Source of the DNA: Lytechinus pictus | Taxonomy: Eukaryota | Direction of reading: 5' to 3' | DNA length: 64,000 nt | NCBI RefSeq assembly: GCF_037042905.1 | Contig: NC_087251.1 | Coordinates: 13,766,001 to 13,830,000, forward strand | Part shown: piece after piece, positions 12,701 through 25,800 of the stretch | How positions within the stretch are numbered: position 1 is the stretch's first letter | How the letters are laid out: every line of letters begins with the position of its first letter | Translations under genes and position numbers: made by a program | Notes under the pieces: generated by a model | Database searches by the model: none | Told to the model about the DNA's origin: nothing | The model's input: the letters and a program-made list of their open reading frames with translations, nothing else

Positions 12701-13248
12701 ATAGCCAAGATCAGTATTGATGTTGAAGAAGATGAAATATTAAGTAATTCAAGACAAACTAGTGCAGAGAATCTCAAGAGTGTATTCATATTATAGTGGA
12801 AGAGAGAGGGAGAGAAATGGATAGAGATGGAAGTTTATGATCAAGTTTGTCATTTTTTAAAGATTTATTTTAAAATGTCATATCAGTAAAAGTACAACTA
12901 TATCAAATTACTTCTAGATTCAGTGAGAATGCTAGAGGTAGATTAATGCAGATCAGGTAATTGATCAAACAGATACATAAAGTGTTAACCGTTTACTAAT
13001 ATTCACTGGTATAGTCCATTGATTGTGATTTAATGTTGGAAACCCGAGCACCACTTATTATTCTTTCTTTTATCTATTCCCATTTTTCTACAGAATTGGA
13101 GCACAGAGTTGATTTTGAATTAAAAGAGAGTAACTTAGGAAGTTCCTATCTTTCAGCACTCACCTCTCACACATCATACTGGACTGCAACTGATGTGGGT
13201 CTCTTCGTTGTCTCTCAATTATTCCCGGATTATGCCTACTCAGAGTAG
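3760..13248 (+). CDS. DDHD1: DDHD-domain phospholipase A1 (PA-PLA1/DDHD1-like), ~740 aa
   Basis: Exons: 3760-4267 (acceptor at 3731), 4658-4819, 5325-5453, 5783-5930, 6917-7145, 7307-7572, 8123-8201, 9567-9716, 11342-11588, 12375-12524, 13094-13248. All GT-AG and phase-consistent, 2223 nt. Motifs: VRGGLYEVD, RGTWF, HLVFVVHGVG, VEFLPVEWRS, lipase SHSLG, FCVGSPLAVFL, DPVAYRLEPLI, SHTSYW. A further upstream exon probably lies outside the window. Confidence 0.9.
6515..6740 (-). mobile_element. 5'-truncated LINE 3' end (CR1/L2-type)
   Basis: Minus-strand peptide FPVVDWNNLPNSIKSILNKEKFK resembles the conserved ORF2 C-terminal WNxLP motif, followed by a short 3' UTR. Confidence 0.6.
8459..8915. mobile_element. 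MITE-like element in DDHD1 intron
   Basis: Ends TGACCCC... / ...GGGGTCA, with internal repeats TATGTGTAAA(C/A). GC-richer than the flanks. Confidence 0.5.
8925..9110. repeat. Long imperfect palindrome, Crypton-like non-autonomous repeat
   Basis: Arms of ~60 bp (TGCGATGGTGCGAGATTT...GCTCTATTCAAC / GTTGAATAGAGC...AAATCTCGCACCATTGCA) around the core GAGGCGTTAGCCGAG (9003-9017). Family assignment is inferred. Confidence 0.55.
10504..10770 (+). mobile_element. tRNA-derived SINE
   Basis: tRNA-like head with A box TGGCCCAGTGG, CTTTGAA loop and B box GGTTCGAATCC. Central domain follows, then a LINE-like tail ending TATTATT. A near-identical head and centre occur at 41096. Confidence 0.85.
11610..12010. 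repeat. Degenerate (GTG/GAT)n low-complexity tract
   Basis: Runs of GGT/GAT/TGT triplets seen directly. Confidence 0.7.
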
Positions 13249-14403
13249 ACATGTAAGCATTGCTGAGTCAATTGGTCAGACCAACCATGAGGAGTTTTTT
13301 ACTTTGTTTCACTCTGGCAGGATTTGAAGTCCATAGCAGTGGTGACAGCAGTCAATATTCAATGGTCAATATTTCAATATGAAGAAAATGATACCAATTA
13401 TAATATGATATCAAAGTACAGTTGAGTATATGCACATACTAACTGCGCTATATAAAATGGACTCATTATTATCATTATAAAAAAGATGTGTACTTCAAAC
13501 TGAAATTTCTTCTTTGCGCAATTAAGAAATTAAAGTTATAACCTCATGAGATTTTAACATTTGCATGGCTGAAGACTTCTCCAGACTCCAACTGTGTTGT
13601 CTGGTCAGAGATGAGGTTGTATCTCTAGCAATTTGACAGTCCAAGAGAAAGTGATGATACATTGCAAGTATATGTATTTGATGTTTTCTCGCAAAGTACT
13701 CTTGGACTGTTAATCTGTCAGTGGAGATTGAATAAGACAAATTTTCTTGATTGTGTGAAATTAAAATCTGCCTTTAGAATTAAGGCAATGAGATGAGCTT
13801 CTTTAAGGGTTTGTATATTGTGCAATAATTTATTCAACAATTTGAAATATTGAAGTTGATTGTAGGCTTGATAATCCTTTACCTTTGTTTATCCAATTGG
13901 TGGTAAGATTTTGCAATGATGAGCTTGATCAGAAATATTTCACTGCTGCAAAAAATGTCTGAGATTGAACAATTTCTTGTACTTTTAATTACATCAGTAG
14001 GAGCTCAGTAATCAGTTTTGATGGGGGAACATAGAGAAGAAGTAACAGAGATAGAGTAACATAATGCATTGACTTTATCTTAAGAGAGACCCGACCCGAC
14101 AGCTTTTACAATTCATTTAGTGTATTGCAGAATGGGACAGTCTGGAGAAGTATGGTCATGATTCTGATGTTGGCTTATGTCAGTCAGATCCATGACACTC
14201 AAATTAGTTGCTTGTAGTAGTTAAAGTAGTACTACATAGCATGACTAGGTTAAAAATGTTTCAATATGAATTTTCAAATGCATTGCCTTTTTAGTTCATT
14301 AGATTGCAGTCTAAATTATCATGTCAAACAATGTGTGTGTATGTTTAGCAGCATTCATAACAAACATCAACAGTATTTGCATTAGGCAGAACAAGAGCTT
14401 TAA

Positions 14404-15118
14404 CCCTGATTCTCCCTGGGGGGGGGCCATAATGGTCCCCCCCTCCACAATTTTCGACAATTTGCTGCGCAAAATTTTTTGACCTCGCCGCTCACTGACT
14501 TTTTACTTTCAAGTCTCGCGCAAATTTTGAGACCAAATTTGTGACGCCTGGGTACGCGGTTACGACATTACGCAACATTATGTAAGTGCATGTCAGACCC
14601 CAAATTGCTCATAAACGTGATTTCATGTACAAATCCAATGCAGATTGTGTATTAGCCAAAATTCATAAATGTATCATTATTTCTACTTTTGCTGATTAAA
14701 CTTAATTAATTTTGCCTCGTTTATGATCAGAATTAAGTCTGGAACGATTTCTATCGAAAAAACTATTTAAAAAAAAGTAAAACAACAAAGAAATACATAA
14801 GAAATTAAAAAAACAATAAAATACCTAAGAAATCGGTCTTGGTTTTAGAATTTTTTCCATTCACAATTGTTAGGAATGCTATAAAGAATATTTTCACCAA
14901 AAAATAGCATTCTAGGAGCTTTATTTAGTGAATCAGAGCAAAAGTATGATTTCATGAATAAATTAGCATAATTAATTCATATAAAATAAAAATATATGAA
15001 TTCAGCGAAATTTACCAATGCAACTGCGTAGATTACGTCATTCTCTACCATCATGCAAATTTTTGTTGTGATCCCCCCCGGGAATGACAAGAATAAAAAT
15101 ACCCCGGGAGATTTAGGG
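14404..15118. mobile_element. piggyBac-like non-autonomous element
   Basis: TTAA|CCCT...AGGG|TTAA. An inverted close copy lies at 39114-39876. Confidence 0.85.
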
Positions 15119-15332
15119 TTAAAGAAAAGGAATTTTATTAATTATATGAAAACTTGGGAAATAGTTTTGTTTTTCTTTCATGTTAGATCAAATGATTTTT
15201 TTTTGACAGCTATTGAACAATGTTAATTTTAATTACCTGGAATGAAAAAAAATGGCATGGAAATTGTATCCTTTTCATAAGGATTAATCTCATCTTCAAA
15301 TGTAAAACTTATTGAGCATGTATAGAATCATG

Positions 15333-15399
15333 CCGGGGGGGGGGGGCACTCAGTATATAATGCATAGTGGGTATGTGCCGCGGAAGGACCCCCATTTTT
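15333..15399 (+). mobile_element. Truncated left end of a CCCGGG-polyG element
   Basis: Nearly identical to the first ~75 bp of the element at 29126-29679. Confidence 0.8.
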
Positions 15400-16160
15400 G
15401 TCTCACCTGCATAGCAGAGTGAGACTATAGGCGCCGCTTTTCCGACGGCGACGGCGACGGCGGCGTCAACACCAAATCTTAACCTGAGGTTAAGTTTTTG
15501 AAATGACAGCATAACTTAGAAAGTATATGGACCTAGTTCATGAAACTTGGCCATAAGGTTAATCAAGTATTACTGAACATCCTGCCTGAGTTTCACGTCA
15601 CATGACCAAGGTCAAAGGTCATTTAGGGTGAATGAACTTTGGCCGAATTGGGGGTATCTGTTGAATTACCATCATAACTTTGAAAGTTTATGGATCTGAT
15701 TCATGAAACTTGGACATAATAGTAATCAAGTATTACTGAACATCCTGTGCAAGTTTCAGGTCACATGATCAAGGTCAAAGGTCATTTAGGGTCAATGAAC
15801 TTTGGCCAAATTGGGGTATTTGTTGAATTACAGCCATAAATTTGAAAGTGTGTTGGTCTAGTTCATAAAACTTGGACATAATAGTAATCAAGTATCACTG
15901 AACATCCTGTGCGAGTTTCAGGTCACATGATCAAGGTCAAAGGTCATGTAAGGTCAAAGAACTTTGGCCACGTTGGGGGTATTTGTTGAATTGCCATCAT
16001 ATCTCTATAAGTGTATTGGTCTAGTTCATAAAACATGGAAATAAGAGTAACCAAGTATCACTGAACATCTTGTGCGAGTTATAGTAGTTTTCAAAATCAG
16101 CACTGCTGCTATATTGAATCGCGTGATGCAGGTGAGACGGCCAGAGGCATTCCACTTGTT
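15397..16160 (+). mobile_element. Helentron-associated interspersed element (Tsp/Pearl/DINE-1-like) with ~3.5 tandem 162-bp units
   Basis: Sub-TIRs GTCTCACCTGCAT / ATGCAGGTGAGAC, a partial 5' inverted repeat (GAGTGAGAC), a (GACGGC)n microsatellite, central tandem repeats and a short 3' hairpin GCCAGAGGC. T-rich ends. Confidence 0.8.
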
Positions 16161-18683
16161 AAAACTATCCACTCATTCTGATACCCACTTTCGTGAATTC
16201 ATCGAGTATAAATCCCATTTCATAAAACTTGTTAAAATAACAGATTTGCAATAACAAATAAAAGCTACTGAAATCCTTCAATCTGATACTTAATTTATTA
16301 TAGAAATTGTGCATTTGTTATTATAACAAGTCCTCATGAAATGGGACCCAGAATGAATAAAGCTCAGAATAATGCGGCTTAAGAATCGCATTCATGAATT
16401 TAGAAAAAGTCTGCATTCATTACAAGTGCAGTGAGGAAATTCTGCAACTTTTTGTCATGGAACATCAGTGCAGTGCCTGTGTGAGGGAAATAAGACCTTA
16501 AACCACAGATGAAGCTGCATTTTTCTATAATTCCATTCATGAATTCATGTAGATATATAGACATTCAAATAAATGAGATTAGTCCGGATCAAATGCAGAT
16601 TGAGTCCTCCTAAAAGCAGCATTCAAATATTGTGGAATATTCGTCCTTGGCCATTCATGCCTCCGTATCCCCATCCGCAAATTCATCAAAGGGGTAAATA
16701 TTACACAAGGGGAGTGCTCTAATTCATATGTAGGAAATTCCATGCATTATGTACTCCTACCACCTATTTGTGGGACCTACCTGAAATTATTTTTCTCTGT
16801 TCTCTCGTTCATATGAAATGTTATAATGCTCCTGAATTATCATGGCTTGAGGAGTTCACAAGGAGAAATCAAGTAGGGATGAGACGGACAGAAGGGTTGA
16901 TTACTTTATGGCATTGCCCATGTCAATATTGTTGTTTACGCAAAGGAATTATGTGTTTTAATGTTTTAGTTGTAAACTCATTTGTTGAAAAGTTGTAAAT
17001 ATCCGTGAAAGATGATTTAAGTATCAATTTTGTTTATGATATCTGTATGCCAAAGCTTGCTTACCTTTGATTTATGTGCTTCTTTCAATTCAGATTAGCT
17101 TATTACTTATATCAAATTATGCAAATATATTATGTTTTCATAATAATGAATGTTTGCTTGCGTTTAACTTTTTATGCACTGAAAGTACTCATTTGCCATT
17201 TATATTGTTACCATATAAAAGACTGAATTAGTGATGGACAATGAGTAATCCTTATACTTGTATCTTCTCTTGGTTATTCCATGAAATGCAGTGTTTATAT
17301 TTCCACAAGGATTGTTGTAGCAAAATTACACGAATGGAATAATGTAGATCACTCATTAACTCTACAACAGGATTGTAGATGTATTAGATAGGTGTATATT
17401 GTTGAAAAAAAATTAAACTGAGATATTTTATTTAATTATTTATATGGCAATGGTATTTAAAAATTATTTATATATTCTATAAAATTCAGGTTTGAAGGGT
17501 ACTTGTCACCATATTTATGGTATTTTTTTCTGTCAGTTACTGCCTCTAAATTTCTGAGTCTCACATTCCACCTTATATATATATATAGAAATGCTAGGAA
17601 CATTTGTTAATTTCAAGTTCGACCTTTTGTTGTTAGCGATGGGTCAATATTCACACCAGCATAGCATCAAAGTGAAAGAAAGAATGGTATTTGGAAAAGT
17701 TTCACGTAGTGTTGAGTTACATCTACATTTCATATCATAATCTAATTAGCACACTTTTATATTAGCTTTGATTGCATTTACCATGACAACAGCTAGTCTC
17801 TATTCATCTATAATGTATCCCATTTCTCTTTTACTTTATTTTGTAATAACAATTTAATTATTATAAATTTGTAATGTAATTGTTAGTTTCAAAGCACAAT
17901 TTATGAATTATGTGAAACATGTTGGTGTGTAATTCTAGAAGAAAAAAAAAATCAGCCTGATGTTTATAGATGTCTTTCATAAAAATGGGTGATTTCAGGT
18001 TCAGTGTTGAAAGCTTGTGTTGGTGCTGGGTCAAACCTAGCACCAGCCACCACACAATATACTTGAATTGAGATGGGTGCTTTCCACAATACTGTTGTGC
18101 TATCAATAGTCTGTCATCGTTTTGTAAAACCCATATTCAGTGTACCGTAAGTCAGAATGAAAAGCATGGTTATAGCTGGGATATGTCACCCAGTGAAAAG
18201 CTTTCAATTTAGTACACCTGCATTTGGTGTTAAAGTTAGGCTTACCAGCCCATTGCACATTCTCAACACTAACATTAACACCATCCCCGAAGTCACCCAA
18301 TGCCTGTGTTGTGATCCGTGCAGCTGATGCTACTGAAGCTCTTTGAAACCAGACTGGTGCCCTATATTGTCATGCACTTTTAGTGACTTCTTAGCACTTA
18401 CTTCACACTTGTCATTATAAAAGTATAGAGTAAAAAGTGTACATTTCATTATACATGGACTTATCAGAACCAGACAGCTATTTCTTATTTCTTAGATTTG
18501 TGGATACATTATTTTACCATGTCTATGCCAAACAGTGCAGCGTGAAAGGTGATTTAGAACTCTTCTTTCACTACACAAAATAAACTGTGGTTTGGGAGAC
18601 TTACTTCAACTCGATTTGCAGAATTGTGGGGATTCTTAGATTAATATGCAATTTTTATGTTTATGAGAATAGTATGCATTTAA

Positions 18684-19619
18684 GGACGTTCCACAGTTAA
18701 GGTGAAATCCATGTCATTTTCACCAAACTTTGCACATAGATACTTTAGAACCTTAATATTCGAAATATGCAAAAATTAACATAGGTCCATGTGCTTGATT
18801 TTTTGCTATAGAACTTCAAAGTTCACCCAAATTGATCTTCTTAAGAATTGCGCATTCAAAAGAATTTTGCATTTTTAGACCGCCCAAGATTACTACAATG
18901 AGTTTAAACCTGTATTACTCAGTCAAAATACATGAAAAAGTCATCAAATTTCGCAAGAGAGTTGATAATTGTATCGTTAGAATGGAGAATATATTTATAG
19001 TGCTATTTGTTTGCAATTTTAAGTTTAACAGCACTGTCAGTTCTTAAAAATGGTGTAAAAGATAACAAAATCCCAATCTAAAAAATGTGAAATTTCAGTA
19101 ACAAACTACAAAAGTACAATAAATGCTGCACTTTATTCAAAATCCATGTCATTTTTACCAAAATTTGTAGAGTTGTAGAAGAAGGTATACCTAAGAGGAA
19201 CAAACATTAAAAAATAGGGGTTCATGTGCTTTTTTTTTAACTATCAGTATTTTTATTAGAGCAAATGTGCTTTTTAAAACACCAAAAATGCGCCGAATGC
19301 TTTGTATCTATGTGAAGAAAAAATCAAAACCACTCTACCATTTATTCAAACTCGGGGTAATATTCGTGATTCTTGGCAGCACTGCAGAGTAAAGTATTTT
19401 GAAATTGTAGAGAATCTTTTTTTGAATGGTCCATGGAATAATTTCATTTTTTAGCTTCATGAAATAACGCATCAGATCTGCAGTTAAAGTGCAGAAGATG
19501 AGAAAAATCAGCACATACCCGCAGCTAATTAATCACCTGTTCATCCATTGTGACGTCAGCGCGCAGAGTGTAAACTATGCGCAGATCGTAATGCGCACAA
19601 ACATAACTGTGGAACGTCC
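18684..19619 (+). mobile_element. TTAA-TSD non-autonomous DNA transposon (Kolobok-like)
   Basis: TTAA|GGACGTTCCACAGTTA...TAACTGTGGAACGTCC|TTAA. A near-identical copy lies at 40092-41021. Confidence 0.88.
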
Positions 19620-19702
19620 TTAAGTAAAATATGCAAGTCAGCATTGTCTGGAAGAAATAAGCCAAAACTTCAATGCACTTTAAAAATAGCATAATTTTTT
19701 TG

Positions 19703-20223
19703 TATGGTCGGGGTCATAAAGCTACGCACCACTCCCATTGCGCATGCAATTTCAATGGCAAAATAAATGCCCACTCTAGCTCTGTGTGTGGAATTGTGAC
19801 TACAGAGTGACGAACGATCCCTATTCAATTTTTCTCCAGAGGCTGCAATAAATCATTGAATGCAGAGAAAACCAGCAACTGTTTGGAATTTCAGAGTTGT
19901 ATTCACTTTAATTTAATATTTTCCTACAATATGAACAGTATTTAGAAATTCAGGCACAGGAAATACTATTTCTTTGCATGATAAATCAAGTGCGTAGCTT
20001 TAGGACCCTTCTAAATCGGGCGGCAAAATCAAAAGGTGTTGGGGAAACACGGCGGGATTTTCGTATTAGTGAGTTTTGTAATATTTTCTTCTTGGGCAAG
20101 TGTCTTTAGAATATTTACCACAAATCTGTTAAAGATGATTATTCAAGATATTAAAATTGGCATAGTATTTATCGTTTGTGAACAAAGTGCGTACCTTTAG
20201 GTCCCCCCCCCCCCCCGATCATA
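19703..20223. mobile_element. MITE with imperfect TIRs
   Basis: TATGGTCGGGGTCATAAAGCTACGCAC / GTGCGTACCTTTAGGTCCCC...CGATCATA. Confidence 0.6.
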
Positions 20224-21412
20224 CAACTGTACTTGTTGCCTTTTTTCTGTCATTATTGAATGAAGTCCATCACCCACTGAGTGATTAGTTGTGATAAGAT
20301 TTGGCTAATAAATCATTAAAATTAGTTACCGTAATTTACATAAGAGTTGGCTCATTATATGCATTATTTAGCACCATGTAATATAAATACACTACTTCTT
20401 GTGCACTTGGTTGCAAAAACTTGGGTAGCAGCAGGTCATTGTGTTAGGTGTGCTCTTAAGCATTCATTCCATTCCTGCATATATGTAAGTGTAGTAGTAT
20501 TAAGGATTATTATACAATTAATATAATTGACTTGTTATAATTTTGATTCACAAAATGTCAGTAAAAGTAATCTTTCATGCGTATTTGTATATAATTGGGA
20601 GAAATGTATAATTGATTAACAAAGTGTGTTTCTATCTATTTTTATACTTTGTTGTATTTATTGATCGGTTGCGTGATACTGTTAAAGAACATGCATTTCT
20701 TCTTCCAACTACATGTATTTCTTGTCATGATACCTGTGCAATTATTACGGAACTTAACATTGTGTTTATGTCTCTTAAAGCAAGCATTGGGAAGCAAAGA
20801 AACGTGTTACCAAAAACATTGATATATTAGAAATACAAATAAATTCTGAATTTTTAGGATATCAGTTTGCATATGATATTAACCTGCAATATGAAATGTT
20901 GTTTTCAGTACTGTACTTGCTTCATCAGCTCTGATGTTTATTAAAATCACTGCAATACATGCTTTGAAATTGTGAGTTTCGGTCACTTGTGATTTCTTTT
21001 CTCTAATGATACAGATAGTTGCAGTATGTATTTTACTTTGTAAAATATTTTGCAAAATCAGCCTTTGGCTGCAATGATATTTTCCTTATAAATAAACAAA
21101 ATTAAATGTAATCCTTTTTATTAGCCAAAGTTACTGGTTTCAGCACAAATCCTTTTGGAACTTTTCCTGTGCTGAAATTTATTTGAGCCCAATCAGTCAA
21201 AAGTGAGCCCTTTTTTTGTATCACTCGCAGAATTGGTCCAATTCGCATTTGAAAAAAAATCTGAGATGGAGACTTATTTGGATCATTCAACTTTCAACAA
21301 GCATGTTCAAATTTGCACTTTTTGCGAATATATGCATCTGTGACATGTTTTTTGGGGGCATTTACTACAAAAATAAGTGTCCAAAATAAACTTGATAATT
21401 AGGTGATTTGGT

Positions 21413-21722
21413 CCCAGGGGGGCCACTCAAATATTTTGCTGAACACATGCGCAACCACAGGTTTTACAAACCCACCCTAAACATGTTTCATCCATTGGTC
21501 AATTATCTATACCGGTACCCTTTTCATTTTCACATGCATTTTTTTGGATAATTTTGCTCCCTTAACGAGTATAACCTGTAAAAAAATATTAGTTTTACGC
21601 CTGATTCTGGCCTTTTTGACACCCTAAACACGTCACACTCGTGATGTGCCATGACCAGCAAAAAGTACCCTTTTTTAAGTCACCTGCGCGTGTACAGTAT
21701 ATAGTTGAGTGCCCTCCCCGTG
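21413..21722. mobile_element. Older CCC-polyG-terminal element with 8-bp TSD
   Basis: Ends CCCAGGGGGGCCACTCAA / TTGAGTGCCCTCCCCGTG. Flanks GATTTGGT / GATTTGGA (7 of 8 match). Confidence 0.65.
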
Positions 21723-22818
21723 GATTTGGAAGCATAAGGTTAGTTCAGTCTCGTTGCTTAGAGCATTTATAAGATCAAAACAAAACTTTATTGTATTTTG
21801 AGTACGTTATCACTAAGTTAACTTAATAAAAGCATTAAATGGCTACTGAATATTCAATTACAAAAATACAGGAACGAAATCTGACCATGCCTTTCCTAAT
21901 GAAAATGCATTGAACAGAAATGAATATTCACTAGTTAGCAAAAAGGCCAATCACAGAATGAAAATGCTGCATGTACACAAGTGAATGGAAAATTGTGGTG
22001 CCAGAAATGGAGTGTCAGAGGAGTCGGAAAAACATGGAGTCACATTAAAACATCTTCACAGTTGAGTCTTCACATCATCATCATGCATTTTTAGAATATG
22101 GAAAATGCAAACGATGTACACTTACTAAATTGAAATGGAAATATAAGTTCAAATTTAATGATCCATCTTCCACATACCATCTCATTTGAACAATTTGAAA
22201 TACATATTTTTTGGAATATATCATACAATTTACATGTTCAATTTTTCCTTTTGCCAATTAAGACTAATTCACACTGAAGAAGACTGGTAATGCCTACTTG
22301 CTCTTTCGTGATTTAAAGGTTATTTTGAGTAATAATATGGGGCTCACAGTGCAAGTAATTAACAATCAAATTGCAACTTATATTTAGATCCTAAAATTGA
22401 TTGCATTTGTTGAAATAAGTTGCAAATATGTAAATAATCATATATTAAATAAATGTGATTAATTAATCATATAAGAGAACGTATTTATTGATTTGATATA
22501 GTTAAAATTTACCCATTTTAATTGATCACCCACAGATTTACATTTTAAATAAAAACTTGATTGCAAGTGTTACGCCCTTTAGAATATAATAAAAATAATA
22601 CATTTGACTGGTTTTTTTTTTAACTGCAAAACTGCATATTATTTCATTTACCATTCATTTATGGTTCTTCTGTGCAAGATTTTCTTTTAAATAACTTAGC
22701 CTTTATCACAGAGCTAGATTCATCTCAAAGAATCACATAATCGCATGACATGCTAATTATTTCTTGTAGTTGTTTCAAGAGTCCAGTATAAATCTCGCTC
22801 TGGTTTCCTTCCTCGTCC

Positions 22819-25800
22819 CTAATTATTTGGTTGTCCTGGATTGGGTTGTGGTAGTCTACCCTTCCTCATATCAGACTCCATTTGGTAATAGGACATCTCG
22901 TTGTATTGATAGTATTCAGGTACCTGATAACTCTCTCCTCCAGTGCTGGCTTTGGATGCTGCAGCTGGCTTAGAGGGTGTTGCAGTTTTGGACCCTGACA
23001 AGTGATAAAGAAAGATATAAAATGTTGCCATAATATAAGCCACATATTTCGGTTCCATGACATTTGCTCTGGCAACAAATGCTCCAATGGAAAATCAGCA
23101 CGTTAAGCCAAACCTAAAACATAACTCCCAAAACTAAATAAACCCTCATCCTTCACATTGTTCTTCACCAAAATCTCTATTTCAATCCTAACTTTAACCC
23201 TTTGCCCTCTGAGATATTAATACCGGAGCAAATGTCGCAGGAGCATGTGTCATGTCACCCATATTATTTCTCTAACACGCAATTGTCAAAAATTACTTCA
23301 AGATAGGAAAAAAAAAAAAAATTGCCTTTTCAATTTGATTTTCTTTGTACATATCATGCATGGCAGGAATGGCTTTCTTTGTAGCAGTTTTATCTGGAAA
23401 GTTGAAATTCATGAAAAGTGAATAAAAAATGAATAAAATGAAAGAAAATCACATTGACTCTTAATAAATCAATAATTTTGGTATTACAATGTTATCAGCA
23501 ATAGATGTAGAAATTGTACTGGATATGATTTTTCTATAAAAAAATATTTGAATAAGAACTAAATAAATAATATGAAATAAAATCACATTGACTCTCAATC
23601 AAGAATCAATTATAGCGGTACTGCATCAAGTGTTATCAGCAGTAGATGTAGAAAAAGTACTAGATATGATTTTTCTATCAAAAAATTACATTTGAATAAG
23701 AAATAAATACAAAAAATAAAATGAAATAAGAACATATTGACTGTTCTAATCTAGAATCAAAATCACTCTGCTGTATTTTTTACGGTGGTACTAAATCATA
23801 CGTTATCAGCAGGAGATGCAGAAATAGCACTGGATAAGATTTGTCAATAAAAAAGAATATTTGAATAAAAAAAAATCAGAAAATATTTTAAGGAAATAAA
23901 AACACATTGTCACTTTTAATCAAGAATAAAATTCATTCTGCTCCATTGTTTACTGTGATACTACATTGAATGTTATCAACAGGAGATGTAACATTATAAG
24001 GTTAATAAAACTATATAAATAAATATTTAAATTTTGAAATTTCTTTTAATGATATAAACAGTTTTATATATTCTCTCTTTTCTCTTTTATGAATCAAAAT
24101 ATCAGAAAGGAAAGGGTTTGTGTCAATAACAATAACTGTACTTTGAAGCATTTCATTTCATCCAGAATACATTCTGCACTCATGAGCTGTACTAAATTCA
24201 AAATGTTATCAGCAGCAGAGGTAAAAATAATCACAAAAATAAATAACTGAATTTGGAAAATGCCATGGAGATATCAAAACCAGTCATTTCATAACTGATA
24301 TAGCATTGCACCTGACACATTTGCAAAGCCCATTAAATAATCTTTTCTTCTACATTTGGAAAATTGATGCCTCCAAACTAAAGTGGCTGCTGAAATAAGG
24401 TCAATTGGTCTAAATATGAAAGATTGCTGTCAACTCAAAGAACACTCACCTTGAGCTGGCTTATCTGCTGAAATTGTTGAAGTTACTGAAATAGACCTCA
24501 GTGATGTGGTCTCTGAAACTGGTTTCATCTTTAAGAAACGATAAGAAAAAGAATTGCATAAACTGAAGGCTAATGATTTGGTTGAATTTTCAATTTGATA
24601 TCCTTTTCTATTTTAGACTTTTAAAACCCTGCATTAAGTCTATATTTGGGGTCTAAATTCTATACTTCTTCAGTTCTTCACTGCATTTGATAGGCTTTAA
24701 TTGTGCAATTGTTACGTACTGCTTCACACGAGTATAGATTAGAGAATTTACTTAAGCAACTTGTCAAAGGTCAATAAATGCTGTCTTTACATTGTGGCTT
24801 TCCCACATTCTATCATTATGTTGTCTATGATCAAATATGATAATGCAGGCCCCGCTGTAGTTCATTGGCGTTCACCATTTTGGATTCGGCAGTGAATACA
24901 TGTGAGGAATTGCGAACAGGCTTAAAATCACAGATTTTGAGACGTTTACAAGGAAGGGCAAGGAGTGAGTCTGTGTCCGATGGTTAGTAGTCACTGTAGT
25001 AGAGTACGCTTAAAAGTTAATGATTTAGTGTAGACGTGGTGCCTTTTTTACCCAAAAAATGACAAAGTTTGTCACTGGTTTTTGAGAGCGAGTTTTTATT
25101 GCCTGATCATGGTTCTGGTAGGTGTAGCAGAGGGTAGCAGTAGTGAAGTGGATCCTACATGAACCCAACCGCGTAGCCAGGATTTCAATTTGGAGGGGGC
25201 GGTAAGTGCACGCGAAGCGTGCCAACACTTACAGAGCGCGCGAAGCGCGCTCCCTAGGGGGTGGGTGCAGGGAGGGGGAGTTTCCCCCTCCCACGCGAAG
25301 CTTTCGGTGTTTCATAAATTAAAATGAAAAGGAGCCGTCTATCTTGTCTCTAGTACCTGTTTCCAACCCTGCCTGTATCAGCTCCAATTCAGTTCACTCT
25401 ATTGTGATTTTGAATCTTGTTTTCAAAAGTGATTGTGAACGCACAAAAAGGGATAAAAAAGGGAGGAAATTATAATAATAATTACCCCGCTCGAAGCGCG
25501 GAAGCTCATGCATTTTATAATTTTTTGGCAAAGAAAAGGGTCCCGAAATAATGGTATTCTCTAAGTCATATTGAATGCTTCCCTCGGAAAGATCAGATTT
25601 GATTACAATTTAGCCACAGTGCATATCTTTAACTCGCAAAACAGAGGAGAAGATATGCCGGGAGGAAGATATTCTTCCCCGCGCAGAGCAATGAAACTCT
25701 GAAATCTTAAAGGTCGGACGTTTCATTACATGCAGATATCTCTATACCCAGCGGTTCTAATTCAATTGATTTTCTAAGATTATTTAACTTCATTACAAGG

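Noticed and set aside
18832..19047. ORF duplicated at 40243-40443
   Set aside because: The similarity comes from two copies of the same MITE; there is no transposase signature.
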